This document shows, piece after piece, positions 1 to 8,106 of a stretch of DNA of 64,000 nt (position 1 is its first letter; every line of letters begins with the position of its first letter). The stretch is from IMG/VR virus record IMGVR_UViG_3300030511_000001, positions 17,634 to 81,633 of that record; one strand, given 5' to 3'. The notes under the pieces are model-generated. The model was not told the DNA's origin. It searched no databases and was given only the letters and a program-made list of their open reading frames with translations. The position numbers and the translations under genes were made by a program. Source of the DNA: a virus. Its lineage: Duplodnaviria; Caudoviricetes.

Positions 1-19
1 CCGTCGTGCTTCCGAGGTT

Positions 20-301
20 CTACTTCTCGGGCTGCGGCGCGACGATCTCCACGCGCCGCGGCGTCACGTACGTGGTCTCGTTCGGCGCGGGCGCGTGCTC
101 CTTCGCCCACGCTTCTGCATCGTCGGCGGACTTGAAGATCCCGTAGTGGTAGATGCGGCCGCAGCGCGAGCCGACGCCGGTCTCCACAACGACGATCCAG
201 CATTCCTCCGATGCGGCGAACGGGTTCCCGCCTCCGCAAGCGTAGACGGCAGTGGCGAGAGAGAGGACGAGGACAGCAAGGGCGATCAGTCGGATTTTCA
301 T
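20..301 (-). CDS. small secreted protein (signal peptide)
   Basis: MKIRLIALAVLVLSLATAVYA signal-peptide-like N-terminus; part of a tightly packed minus-strand gene run. Confidence 0.7.
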   Translation of the reverse strand: MKIRLIALAVLVLSLATAVYACGGGNPFAASEECWIVVVETGVGSRCGRIYHYGIFKSADDAEAWAKEHAPAPNETTYVTPRRVEIVAPQPEK

Positions 302-359
302 GGGGTGCTGCTCCTTTCGATATGAAAGACACCAGCACCCCGGAAATGTGGCGCAGCTC

Positions 360-623
360 CTACGCGACCACCTTCCTCCGGTTCATGATCCGCACGACGA
401 CCAGGACGAACGCCAGCGAGAGCAGGAACATCACCGGCGTCGTCCAGACGCCAAGTAGGTCGACGATCGGCTTCATGGCGCCCGTGAAGAGCAGCAACGC
501 GCCGCCGCCGGCGCACGTGCCGGCGAGTAGCAGGAACGGCAGGACGCAGCACGCGCCGCATCCGCCGCGGACGCCGGTGCCGACGCCGTGGGTGACATAG
601 ACGGGGATCGGTTGTTCGCTCAT
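360..623 (-). CDS. small membrane protein
   Basis: Start MSEQPIPV at 623; two hydrophobic segments; basic C-terminus. Confidence 0.65.
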   Translation of the reverse strand: MSEQPIPVYVTHGVGTGVRGGCGACCVLPFLLLAGTCAGGGALLLFTGAMKPIVDLLGVWTTPVMFLLSLAFVLVVVRIMNRRKVVA

Positions 624-630
624 CAGTTCC

Positions 631-1026
631 TCAGAAGAAAAATCGCAGCTTGAACAGGTCCATGGCGACGCCCTGCTGTTGGAGCTGGCGCACGATGCTG
701 TTCCGCACAAAGTCCACGCGCTTGCGCCGCGGCGGCTGCAGGTTGCGGTGATGCGTCACGAAGTCGATCGCCGCGATGACGATCTCGAAGGCGTACTGCT
801 GCGCCAGAACGCCGAACAGCGGCGGCGTCTCCGGGTTCGGGTGGTTGTCGGCCGTCGCACCGCACACGTCGGCCAGTCGACGCGCGGCGCGGTAGATGTT
901 CAGGCGCTCGCCGGGGCTCATGTGTTTCACGGCCTCGAGGAGCGCGGCGTCGTCGCCGGCGACGGCCTGGCGCATCGCATCGGTAGCTGCTCGGGCAAGG
1001 GCGTCCGCGTAGGGCGCGACGGTCAT
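631..1026 (-). CDS. hypothetical phage protein
   Basis: Start MTVAPYAD overlaps the upstream stop by 4 nt. Confidence 0.65.
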   Translation of the reverse strand: MTVAPYADALARAATDAMRQAVAGDDAALLEAVKHMSPGERLNIYRAARRLADVCGATADNHPNPETPPLFGVLAQQYAFEIVIAAIDFVTHHRNLQPPRRKRVDFVRNSIVRQLQQQGVAMDLFKLRFFF

Positions 1027-1550
1027 CGCGTCGCTCCGAGCTCGGGATACTCCTCGATTCGACCGCCCTGGCCGCTCCGCACAGGCCACGCGACTCCGAC
1101 GCACGTGGAGCCTGTCGCGCAAAGCGCGCAGGTTTCCGGGTCAGGCTCGTCGGTCGCGGTGGTGCACAGAATGAACTTCGGGCCTGTCGGGACGCGGCTG
1201 ACGTGTACGCGGATATTCGTCCACGTCGCGCCCGGGCTGATCGCGCTGCGTAGCGTTGCCATCGTCTTCTGCACGGTGTCGAGCGTCGCCGCGTGGGCGT
1301 CGACAGCGTTGCGCGCGATGGCATTCGCCTCGTCGACGAGAGCTACCCACTTCGCCCACCAGACCGGCGCGCGAAGCGCCTGCATGGCAAGGTAGAAGGC
1401 GGCGGCGGCAAAGATGAGCCACTTCCATCCGCCGGTCGGCTGCGCGAGCGCGAGCAGCGCGATTTCACACACCACGACGATCAGCGCGTCGAGCAAGCGC
1501 CGCCGGCGGCTGTAGCGAGGTGTCGGATTCACATAGGGGGAGGGCGTCAC
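1023..1550 (-). CDS. hypothetical membrane protein
   Basis: Two N-terminal TM-like segments; 4-nt overlaps with both neighbours. Confidence 0.65.
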   Translation of the reverse strand: MTPSPYVNPTPRYSRRRRLLDALIVVVCEIALLALAQPTGGWKWLIFAAAAFYLAMQALRAPVWWAKWVALVDEANAIARNAVDAHAATLDTVQKTMATLRSAISPGATWTNIRVHVSRVPTGPKFILCTTATDEPDPETCALCATGSTCVGVAWPVRSGQGGRIEEYPELGATR

Positions 1551-1900
1551 GGGCGAGCTCCTTTCATTTGCGCGACCAGTTCGGCGAACCGCTTCCGGTT
1601 GCGCGGAGCCGTGCGCTTACCTTCGTTGTTGGGGCGTCCCGCGGCTTCCCACAGCGCGCGTGCGCGATCGTAGTGACCTTGGGCCTTATCGAACTGCCGC
1701 TGCGTCGGACGCATGCCGTCGAGCGCGCCGGGGTGAATCCGCTCGAGCTCAATCTCCCACTGTGAGGGCTCGGCGTCGGCTGCGTTCATGTCGCCGCGCA
1801 CGCGGCGCAGATTGCCGCGAGCCTGCGTGAATTCGTGGTGGATGCGCAGCGGGTGAGTCCGCGGCAGCTTGTACCACGGTGTCGGTTTCGGATCAGCCAC
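1547..1900 (-). CDS. hypothetical protein
   Basis: Coupled overlap with neighbours. Confidence 0.6.
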   Translation of the reverse strand: MADPKPTPWYKLPRTHPLRIHHEFTQARGNLRRVRGDMNAADAEPSQWEIELERIHPGALDGMRPTQRQFDKAQGHYDRARALWEAAGRPNNEGKRTAPRNRKRFAELVAQMKGARP

Positions 1901-2075
1901 GGCGCGATCTCCGCTTCCCTTCCTGCTGCGCCTCGGCCGCGGCTTCGCCCTTCGCGCCCCAACGCGCGAGCGCGGCCTTGCGCGCGCGTTCGCTGCGCTC
2001 GGGCAGCGATAGCTTCGCTGCGCTGGCGCGTCCGGCTTTCGAGCTGATCTCCTGGTGCTTGTTCATTCGGGGCAT
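1893..2075 (-). CDS. small basic phage protein (RSERARKAALARW motif)
   Basis: SD GAAGGAG upstream; motif common in small phage DNA-binding proteins. Confidence 0.7.
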   Translation of the reverse strand: MPRMNKHQEISSKAGRASAAKLSLPERSERARKAALARWGAKGEAAAEAQQEGKRRSRRG

Positions 2076-2086
2076 CGTCGTCTCCT

Positions 2087-2578
2087 TCAATTCGCGCGAT
2101 CGTGAGGCGTGTTGTGGTCGGTGATGCAGTCGCGCGGCGTGATGACTTCCTCGCCGTGCGGGCAGTAGAAAACGTGATCGTGTCCGGTCGGCTCGAGCCC
2201 TTCCGCGAGCGCGTGCAGATCGGCTCCATGGTTGACGTGCAGGAACGGCTGCGAGCAGTGCCGGCAGAGGATGGCCTGCGCGAGCACGCTGATGCGCTTG
2301 TCCTCCTCGTCCTCGCACCGCGACTGCATCTCGTCGGCGAAGGCGGCGACGTAGAGCCACAGGAGCGCGACGCGATCAAGTGCTGTGAGTTCGTCCCCTA
2401 CCCCCTTCGGACGCGCGTCGGCGTGGAGCACGCGGCCGACGTCATCGAGGGCCCACGTCTGAAGGAGCGGCGCAAGCTCGCTCATGAGCGGTTGCGGGTA
2501 GTAGCGCGAGGCGCGCGCCTCGGCGGCCTCGCGGATTCCGGTCTCGACCTCGCTGGTGTTCAGAATGCGCGCGATCAT
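2087..2578 (-). CDS. hypothetical protein with Cys/His motifs
   Basis: 163-aa ORF, SD GGAGGA, CRHC and CPH motifs. Confidence 0.65.
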   Translation of the reverse strand: MIARILNTSEVETGIREAAEARASRYYPQPLMSELAPLLQTWALDDVGRVLHADARPKGVGDELTALDRVALLWLYVAAFADEMQSRCEDEEDKRISVLAQAILCRHCSQPFLHVNHGADLHALAEGLEPTGHDHVFYCPHGEEVITPRDCITDHNTPHDRAN

Positions 2579-2877
2579 GCGATCCTCCAGTGACGGGGCG
2601 ACTGCCCGTCGTTGCTGATAAAGCCGCGGCGGCGGAGTTTCGCGAGGGCCGATCCAACGCGCTGCGGCGTCACTGCATCAGCGGAGCCGACATAGGTGAC
2701 GGCCACGCGGCGCAGTTCGCGGGTGATGTCCGCGCAGGTCATGCCGCTCGTCTTGTAGAAGCCGCGCGCGTCCTTCAGGACGTTGCGAACCAACTGCTCG
2801 AAACCCGGGATGAGACGGTGGGCCGGCTTCGGGAAGCATGAGAACTGGGGGGAGGTGCGCTGCATCGTCGTTTCCAT
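2575..2877 (-). CDS. putative winged-helix DNA-binding protein, leaderless
   Basis: VTPQRVGSALAKLRRRGFISNDG..W resembles a wHTH recognition helix and wing; ATG 6 nt after the -10 box. Confidence 0.6.
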   Translation of the reverse strand: METTMQRTSPQFSCFPKPAHRLIPGFEQLVRNVLKDARGFYKTSGMTCADITRELRRVAVTYVGSADAVTPQRVGSALAKLRRRGFISNDGQSPRHWRIA

Positions 2878-2883
2878 GCCCCC

Positions 2884-2912
2884 AATGTAATGCTTACCGG
2901 TTAGCATGTCAA
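2884..2912 (-). promoter_or_regulatory. class I sigma70 promoter with palindromic operator
   Basis: TTGACA-17-TACATT; the spacer carries ATGCTAACCGGTAAGCAT. Confidence 0.85.
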
Positions 2913-3385
2913 GTGGGAACTTGGAAACCCGTGAACCGGGCTGCCGCGGCCGCGTCATCGTCGGTCTCAAAGAAGCGGCATGTGTCGCACCGCTCGACAT
3001 GCGCGGGCGTGCCCTCGGGCTCGTCGGCGAGGTTCATGAAGACGAAGCCGCGCCAGTCGCACTCCTCGCACCCAGGACGCAGCACCACGACCTCGACGTC
3101 CACGACGCCGTATCCGGCGCTCAGGTCGTGGATCGAGTCGTCGTCGAGACGCGCGAGCAGGGAGTTCTCCGACAGATCAAGCTGCAGCACGGTTCCCATG
3201 CGGTGATAGTCCTCGTCGAGCAGCACGTCGCCGACGCGAATTTCGCGCACGCTGATGTGGTGGATTTCCATCGCGCCCTCGGGCGTGAAGGCGTGGCCGC
3301 TGGACACGTCGGCGTGCCGGAGGTTGTTCGCGTCGAACTCGGGCTCGTGGCAGATGCCGCAGAAGCGATCGGTGGTCGTCGTCAT
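2909..3385 (-). CDS. hypothetical protein with CxxC motifs
   Basis: SD GAGGAG; CGIC, CEEC and CDTC motifs. Confidence 0.7.
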   Translation of the reverse strand: MTTTTDRFCGICHEPEFDANNLRHADVSSGHAFTPEGAMEIHHISVREIRVGDVLLDEDYHRMGTVLQLDLSENSLLARLDDDSIHDLSAGYGVVDVEVVVLRPGCEECDWRGFVFMNLADEPEGTPAHVERCDTCRFFETDDDAAAAARFTGFQVPT

Positions 3386-3395
3386 CGTCGTCTCC

Positions 3396-3758
3396 TCAGT
3401 TCGCGGGCTCATAGACGTGATGGCCGCGGATGTAGGGCGCCTGATGGATGTTGCCGGTGGACTGCGCGCCGCAGCGGCAGGGGACGTAGGTGGCGCGAGC
3501 GGCGGCGAGCGCCTTCGCGCGGGCTTCCGCCTCGGTGGTCTCGTCGTCGGTGAGGTGCTGGCGCTGTTCGATGTCGAGGAGATCGTTCAGCAGCCGCTCC
3601 GCATCCGCGGCGTCCGACCACGTGATGTGCGCCGTCATGCCGGCGGCTTCGAACTGCTGCGCCGAGAGGCGGGCCTGCATGATTTGAATGAGACCGAGGG
3701 CATCGGCGATGTGAGTGAGGGTGGCGGTTTTTGCGTCTGGCTTCTTCGTCGTTTCCAT
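3396..3758 (-). CDS. hypothetical early protein, leaderless
   Basis: METTKK start 6 nt after the -10 box of a class I promoter. Confidence 0.7.
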   Translation of the reverse strand: METTKKPDAKTATLTHIADALGLIQIMQARLSAQQFEAAGMTAHITWSDAADAERLLNDLLDIEQRQHLTDDETTEAEARAKALAAARATYVPCRCGAQSTGNIHQAPYIRGHHVYEPAN

Positions 3759-3764
3759 GCTCAC

Positions 3765-3793
3765 AATGTATGCTAACCGGTAAGCATTGTCAA
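3765..3793 (-). promoter_or_regulatory. class I promoter/operator
   Basis: TTGACA-17-TACATT with ATGCTTACCGGTTAGCAT. Confidence 0.85.
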
Positions 3794-3812
3794 GATGGGA
3801 CGGAAGAAATGT

Positions 3813-3831
3813 ATTCGACGTGATGTAGAAT
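3813..3831 (+). promoter_or_regulatory. class II 19-bp motif / -10 element
   Basis: ATTCGACGTGATGTAGAAT. Confidence 0.7.
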
Positions 3832-3854
3832 GCGCGGCGGGAAGGAGGGCGGCC

Positions 3855-4181
3855 ATGAAAACGTACACCGCCATCGTCGCGACCCTGACGCTTGCGGGCG
3901 TCGGAGTCATCATCGTTTATGGAAGGAGATTCATGAAGACCTTCGAAGAGTTCCGCCAGGTCGTCGATCAGGAGACCACGCGCATCGCCGGCGTCGTCGA
4001 AAAGCTGCTGGAGAAGGCCAACACCCCGCAGGGCCTCTCCGACGAGGAGAAGGCCGAGGCCGAGGCTACCGTCGCGCGTCTGCGCGCGATCGGCGCCGAC
4101 CCGGACAATCCCGTTCCCGATGCGCCGCCCGCCGGCGGCGATGCGAACCCCAACCCCGGCACCACCGAGCCCACCGAGTAG
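3855..4181 (+). CDS. membrane-anchored coiled-coil protein (second in-frame start at 3933)
   Basis: N-terminal TM segment; SD-like sequence before both ATGs. Confidence 0.7.
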   Translation: MKTYTAIVATLTLAGVGVIIVYGRRFMKTFEEFRQVVDQETTRIAGVVEKLLEKANTPQGLSDEEKAEAEATVARLRAIGADPDNPVPDAPPAGGDANPNPGTTEPTE

Positions 4182-4211
4182 CACGCGCCACCCGCCCAAC
4201 GACCCGCCGAG

Positions 4212-4250
4212 CGCCCGGGTTCGCGCAGTCCCTCATGCGCGGCCCGGGCG
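4212..4250 (+). terminator. possible hairpin terminator
   Basis: CGCCCGGG...CCCGGGCG stem with a weak U-tract. Confidence 0.35.
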
Positions 4251-4257
4251 TTCGTGC

Positions 4258-4276
4258 GTTCGTCGTGGTGTAGAAT
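4258..4276 (+). promoter_or_regulatory. class II motif / promoter
   Basis: GTTCGTCGTGGTGTAGAAT upstream of the 4297 operon. Confidence 0.7.
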
Positions 4277-4296
4277 GGCGCGCGGAGGTTCAATAG

Positions 4297-4689
4297 ATGG
4301 CAAACCCGACACCCCTGCGATGGATCGACCAGCGCAAGACGGAGCGCGGCACCTCGTTCGACATCATGCGGCCGATGGTCTACGCCATGCCGCTCACCGC
4401 GCCGATTGAGGGCGAGCGCGCACGTGGCAACACCGTCGAATTTGAGTGCGGCGGATGCCGTGCGGCGCATGCGCTCGTCGGCCAGGAGAACAAGGCGAAG
4501 TTCGCGATCGACCGACACAACATCGCCAACTCGCTCGCGGTGGCGGCTGCGGCGGCGATCGAGCACGTGACCGGCCACAACTTCGGCGGCACGGTGTGGA
4601 CGACCGTCGAGCTGCAGCCGGAACTGACCGGCACCGCCTTCGGCGCGGTCCTGCTGCGCGGCTACCGCGCGGAGGGCTCCACGTCATGA
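4297..4689 (+). CDS. hypothetical protein
   Basis: SD GGAGG; first gene of a coupled operon. Confidence 0.65.
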   Translation: MANPTPLRWIDQRKTERGTSFDIMRPMVYAMPLTAPIEGERARGNTVEFECGGCRAAHALVGQENKAKFAIDRHNIANSLAVAAAAAIEHVTGHNFGGTVWTTVELQPELTGTAFGAVLLRGYRAEGSTS

Positions 4690-4961
4690 GGTTCCGCGCA
4701 CACCGCGGCGGCCTCGATGAAGCCCTCAAGACGCAGCGCGACGTGAACACGTGGCCCGAGTTGATCGCCGCGGTTCGCGATGAGCTGAGCGGATGGCTCA
4801 AGTTCAACGATTCCGATGTGTGGATCGAGCCGTACGCCGGCGACGACGACCGCATTGGGTGGAAAGACGTCTACATCGTCATGGTCTCGGGGTGGCATGT
4901 GCCGGCGGGATTCGTCGAGTACGGCGAGGCGTTCCGAGGCCACGTGCGGAGGACATCATGA
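4686..4961 (+). CDS. hypothetical phage protein
   Basis: ATGA overlap; MRFRAHRGGLDEAL. Confidence 0.7.
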   Translation: MRFRAHRGGLDEALKTQRDVNTWPELIAAVRDELSGWLKFNDSDVWIEPYAGDDDRIGWKDVYIVMVSGWHVPAGFVEYGEAFRGHVRRTS

Positions 4962-5197
4962 CGTTCACCGGAGCATGGGAGCCCGTAGGCGATCCGATCA
5001 ACCTCACCGAGCGCCAAGCGGTGCCTGGGGGATGGCTCGTGCGCGTGTGGGCGGCGAACATCTACGGCGACTCGCCGCTCGCGCAGGTGACGGGCATTGC
5101 CGGCAAGCCGGTCGTGGTCGGCGTCTCCGTGACGTTCGTTCCTGACGCCGGCTACCACTGGAAGATCGAACCGCCGAGCGAGGAGCAAACTGCATGA
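4958..5197 (+). CDS. small phage protein (VPGGWLVR...TFVPD motif)
   Basis: ATGA overlap; paralogous to 53384-53593. Confidence 0.7.
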   Translation: MTFTGAWEPVGDPINLTERQAVPGGWLVRVWAANIYGDSPLAQVTGIAGKPVVVGVSVTFVPDAGYHWKIEPPSEEQTA

Positions 5198-5481
5198 ACT
5201 ATCTGCGCGTGAAGCGCGTCGAGCTGACGATCGAGTACGACGACGGCACGACGTTCACCAGCGAGCTCACGAACCTGACGAGCCTCGAGACCGAAGCTCG
5301 CCGCGACATGGGCAGCACCCCGGGCGTCTTCACTGGTCCACTCATGGGACGCATCGTCATCGAGGGCCGTCTGCGTTCGGAGGTGCGGCGCGATCGTGAT
5401 GGGCGCGACATCATTGGCGCCACGCCGTTGATAGAAGCCGGCAATCCCGCACTCGCGGCGGCCGAGGAGGTGGAGCGTTGA
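5194..5481 (+). CDS. hypothetical protein
   Basis: Coupled overlap. Confidence 0.6.
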   Translation: MNYLRVKRVELTIEYDDGTTFTSELTNLTSLETEARRDMGSTPGVFTGPLMGRIVIEGRLRSEVRRDRDGRDIIGATPLIEAGNPALAAAEEVER

Positions 5482-5828
5482 GCGCGGAGAGGATCGCCGA
5501 GCTGCGCGCGGCCATGGTGAACGATCGCGTGAAGTTCGCCGGCGAGCGGAACGCCTACACGATTCAGGCGCGATCGGAGCGGTTCATCGTCTGCACGAAG
5601 CCGTTCCCGTTGCGGCGGACGGTCATCTACACAATCGTCGACCTGCAGGAGCTCGTGCGTGGCCCGGAAAACCTGACGTTCGGCGCGGGCGCCGAGACGC
5701 CCGCGCACTGCGAACGGATGGTCGACCGGTTAGAAGGACGCGGACGCGATTTTCCCACCGAGGTTTCCCGGCGGAATCGCGTGCCGCTTGTAGTCGATCG
5801 AGTCATCTACCTGGGAGCACATCCATGA
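5478..5828 (+). CDS. hypothetical phage protein
   Basis: Coupled overlap; CTKPF...RGPENL motif. Confidence 0.7.
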   Translation: MSAERIAELRAAMVNDRVKFAGERNAYTIQARSERFIVCTKPFPLRRTVIYTIVDLQELVRGPENLTFGAGAETPAHCERMVDRLEGRGRDFPTEVSRRNRVPLVVDRVIYLGAHP

Positions 5829-6304
5829 GCTACGACCGCACGTACGTTCCGGAACCCGGCACCAAGTACACCGCCGCGCAGGCGCGCGAGCTCGCCGCGA
5901 TGCTCGAGGGCGACGAGAAGCGGCAGGACGGCGAAGGCCGCGACATCATCTACATCGGCAACGGCGAGACCGACGTCCTCATCGCGACGCTGTGGGACTA
6001 TGCGGCGCGCGTCGAAGCGGCGGAGGCGAAGCGGCGACGCGAGATCGAGGCCAAGCAAGCGGCCGAGCGCGGGATCGTCATCGAAAGCATGACGGTCGTC
6101 GAAGGGCTCGTGACGGAGATGGATCTCGAGCTGCCGGTCGACCACCTGCCCGACCTGACGGAGATGGTCAACCGCGGCGGGCTCGCCCTGCCAGGCGCAC
6201 GCGGGATCGTGTTCGCGCTCGTCGATTCGCCGCAGCTCCGAAGCTACGGCCGCGTCGGCGTCTCGCTCGTCATCAATCACATCTTCATGAAGGGGCACCC
6301 ATGA
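5825..6304 (+). CDS. hypothetical protein
   Basis: Coupled overlap. Confidence 0.65.
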   Translation: MSYDRTYVPEPGTKYTAAQARELAAMLEGDEKRQDGEGRDIIYIGNGETDVLIATLWDYAARVEAAEAKRRREIEAKQAAERGIVIESMTVVEGLVTEMDLELPVDHLPDLTEMVNRGGLALPGARGIVFALVDSPQLRSYGRVGVSLVINHIFMKGHP

Positions 6305-6930
6305 CGTTCACTCCGTTCGATCCTGGCGCCGAGGCGCGCGAGCGCCGCATGGAGGCGCAATCCAACCGAGGCGCAGACGCCGCATGGTTGTACTCGCAAC
6401 GCGATCGAATGAGCGGCCGCACTACGCGCACGGTCCTTCGTTCGTTGGAGCCGATTTCAGAGCATCGGCTCGTCTACTTCATCGCGGACACCTACGTCAT
6501 CGCGGACATGCTGCGCAAAGCGGCGATTCAGGATGCTCGCGCGCTCGGCCTCGAGATCGATACATCGCGCATTCGGATCACTACGCTGCGCGAGTGGTAC
6601 GACCACAAAGGCTACGGGCTCGACGGCGACGAACTGCGTGTGTTCGTCGACCACACCGCCGGCGGCGACGAGGAGGCAACACGCGCATACGAGTTCGCCG
6701 TTGGCGCACGTCAGGCGCCACCGCCCCCCGCGCCGGCACGACGCAGAAGGCCGAAGCACGGGACGGCCGCTATCACGCTGACCAGCGCGGCGTTCCTTTT
6801 GGCGGCGACGTTCAGCGGCGACGTTACGAGCACCATGGGCGGGTTCATGCTGTGCTCCGTGCTCTGTAGCGTGTGGGCCGGTATTCGCGAATTCCGCGAA
6901 GCCCGTCTCGCCGTCTCTCGGCCAACATGA
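6301..6930 (+). CDS. hypothetical protein, degenerate P-loop-like motif and C-terminal TM pair
   Basis: RMSGRTT motif; two hydrophobic C-terminal segments. Confidence 0.6.
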   Translation: MTFTPFDPGAEARERRMEAQSNRGADAAWLYSQRDRMSGRTTRTVLRSLEPISEHRLVYFIADTYVIADMLRKAAIQDARALGLEIDTSRIRITTLREWYDHKGYGLDGDELRVFVDHTAGGDEEATRAYEFAVGARQAPPPPAPARRRRPKHGTAAITLTSAAFLLAATFSGDVTSTMGGFMLCSVLCSVWAGIREFREARLAVSRPT

Positions 6931-7589
6931 TCCGCTCGCGCGACTACGACCGCCGGAACGGCTTCGAACCCGGGGAGCCGCGGTACGATGTTCGTCACGG
7001 CACGCACCTCGTCGATCCGAAGGCCGAGCGGTACGGCTACGGAGACCGCGAGTGGATCGGCATGACGGACGGCGATCGTCTCCTCGGCCGGGCGTGCGTC
7101 TGGACCGATGGCCTGAGCGTGTGCGCCGGCGAGCGCGACGCGTGGGTGTGGCGGAAGCTCGAGCACGAGCAGTTCGACGACATCGGCGAGCCCCGGACAT
7201 CGGAGTTTTTCAGCACGCTCTGGCGCGCCTACTTCACGTGCGGCTGTGAATCGCTGCGCTACCGCATGCACCCGCCGGAGGAGTGGCCCGCGCTGAACGA
7301 TCTGATGGGCGGACGGTCGACGGCGGTGCCGCGTGGCTTCATCCGCCGCACGGTGCTCTCCGGGCCGTGCGCGCTGCATCGCGCGATGCGCGACGAGTGG
7401 TCGCGCCACTGGGCGCGCATTCGCCAGAATCACGAGAAGCGGTTCGCCCTGGCGCTATACCTCACGCAGCCGATTCTCCGCGAGGTGTTTGGGATGAAGG
7501 AGCCCGAGGATGTCGAGCCGTACATCCGCGGCCCGTGGCCGCCCTTCGATCCGGAGGATGACGCCGAGCCCGAGGAAGCGCGCCCGTGA
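6927..7589 (+). CDS. hypothetical protein
   Basis: ATGA overlap. Confidence 0.65.
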   Translation: MIRSRDYDRRNGFEPGEPRYDVRHGTHLVDPKAERYGYGDREWIGMTDGDRLLGRACVWTDGLSVCAGERDAWVWRKLEHEQFDDIGEPRTSEFFSTLWRAYFTCGCESLRYRMHPPEEWPALNDLMGGRSTAVPRGFIRRTVLSGPCALHRAMRDEWSRHWARIRQNHEKRFALALYLTQPILREVFGMKEPEDVEPYIRGPWPPFDPEDDAEPEEARP

Positions 7590-7822
7590 GTGTTCCGTGG
7601 CAGTGCCCGTGCTGCGGCATCATTTGGGCGCCTGGCATGGCCTTCTGTCACTGGTGCTCGCCGCTCGGGCAGATCGACGAAAACGTGCGGCAGTTCCACG
7701 ACTGCCCGACGTTCGGCCGCCAGGTCGACACCATGTTCGCGACGATGATGCGCGACGTCCCGACGATCAAGCCCGAATACAAGGTGCCGCCGCGGCCCGA
7801 CATCAAGCGGCGAGAGGAGTGA
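7586..7822 (+). CDS. small Zn-ribbon protein
   Basis: WQCPCC...CHWC. Confidence 0.65.
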   Translation: MSVPWQCPCCGIIWAPGMAFCHWCSPLGQIDENVRQFHDCPTFGRQVDTMFATMMRDVPTIKPEYKVPPRPDIKRREE

Positions 7823-7824
7823 AG

Positions 7825-8106
7825 ATGGAGGCGGTGCAGGTCTACGTCACCCCCGAGTTTTTTGATGGCACGTGTCCCTATCCGGTCGCGGCGCTGTGGA
7901 TCGATGGTGCGCTGTTCGACACCTACCCGTGCGGCATCGTTCGCAAGCGCGTGAAGTGGCTGCCGCTGTGGCTCCCCTTCAACGCGCGCTACGACTTCTC
8001 CATTTACGCGCAACTCGCGTGCGTGAAGCGGCTGCGTGAGCTCGGCGAGGAACTGCGGACGCACATGCACGGCGCGATTCGTCGTGATGTAGAATGCCAC
8101 GCATGA
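7825..8106 (+). CDS. hypothetical protein
   Basis: SD GAGGAG; fills the gap before the ATPase gene. Confidence 0.55.
   Translation: MEAVQVYVTPEFFDGTCPYPVAALWIDGALFDTYPCGIVRKRVKWLPLWLPFNARYDFSIYAQLACVKRLRELGEELRTHMHGAIRRDVECHA
8077..8095 (+). promoter_or_regulatory. class II motif / promoter of the leaderless ATPase gene
   Basis: ATTCGTCGTGATGTAGAAT, ATG 7 nt downstream. Confidence 0.7.
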
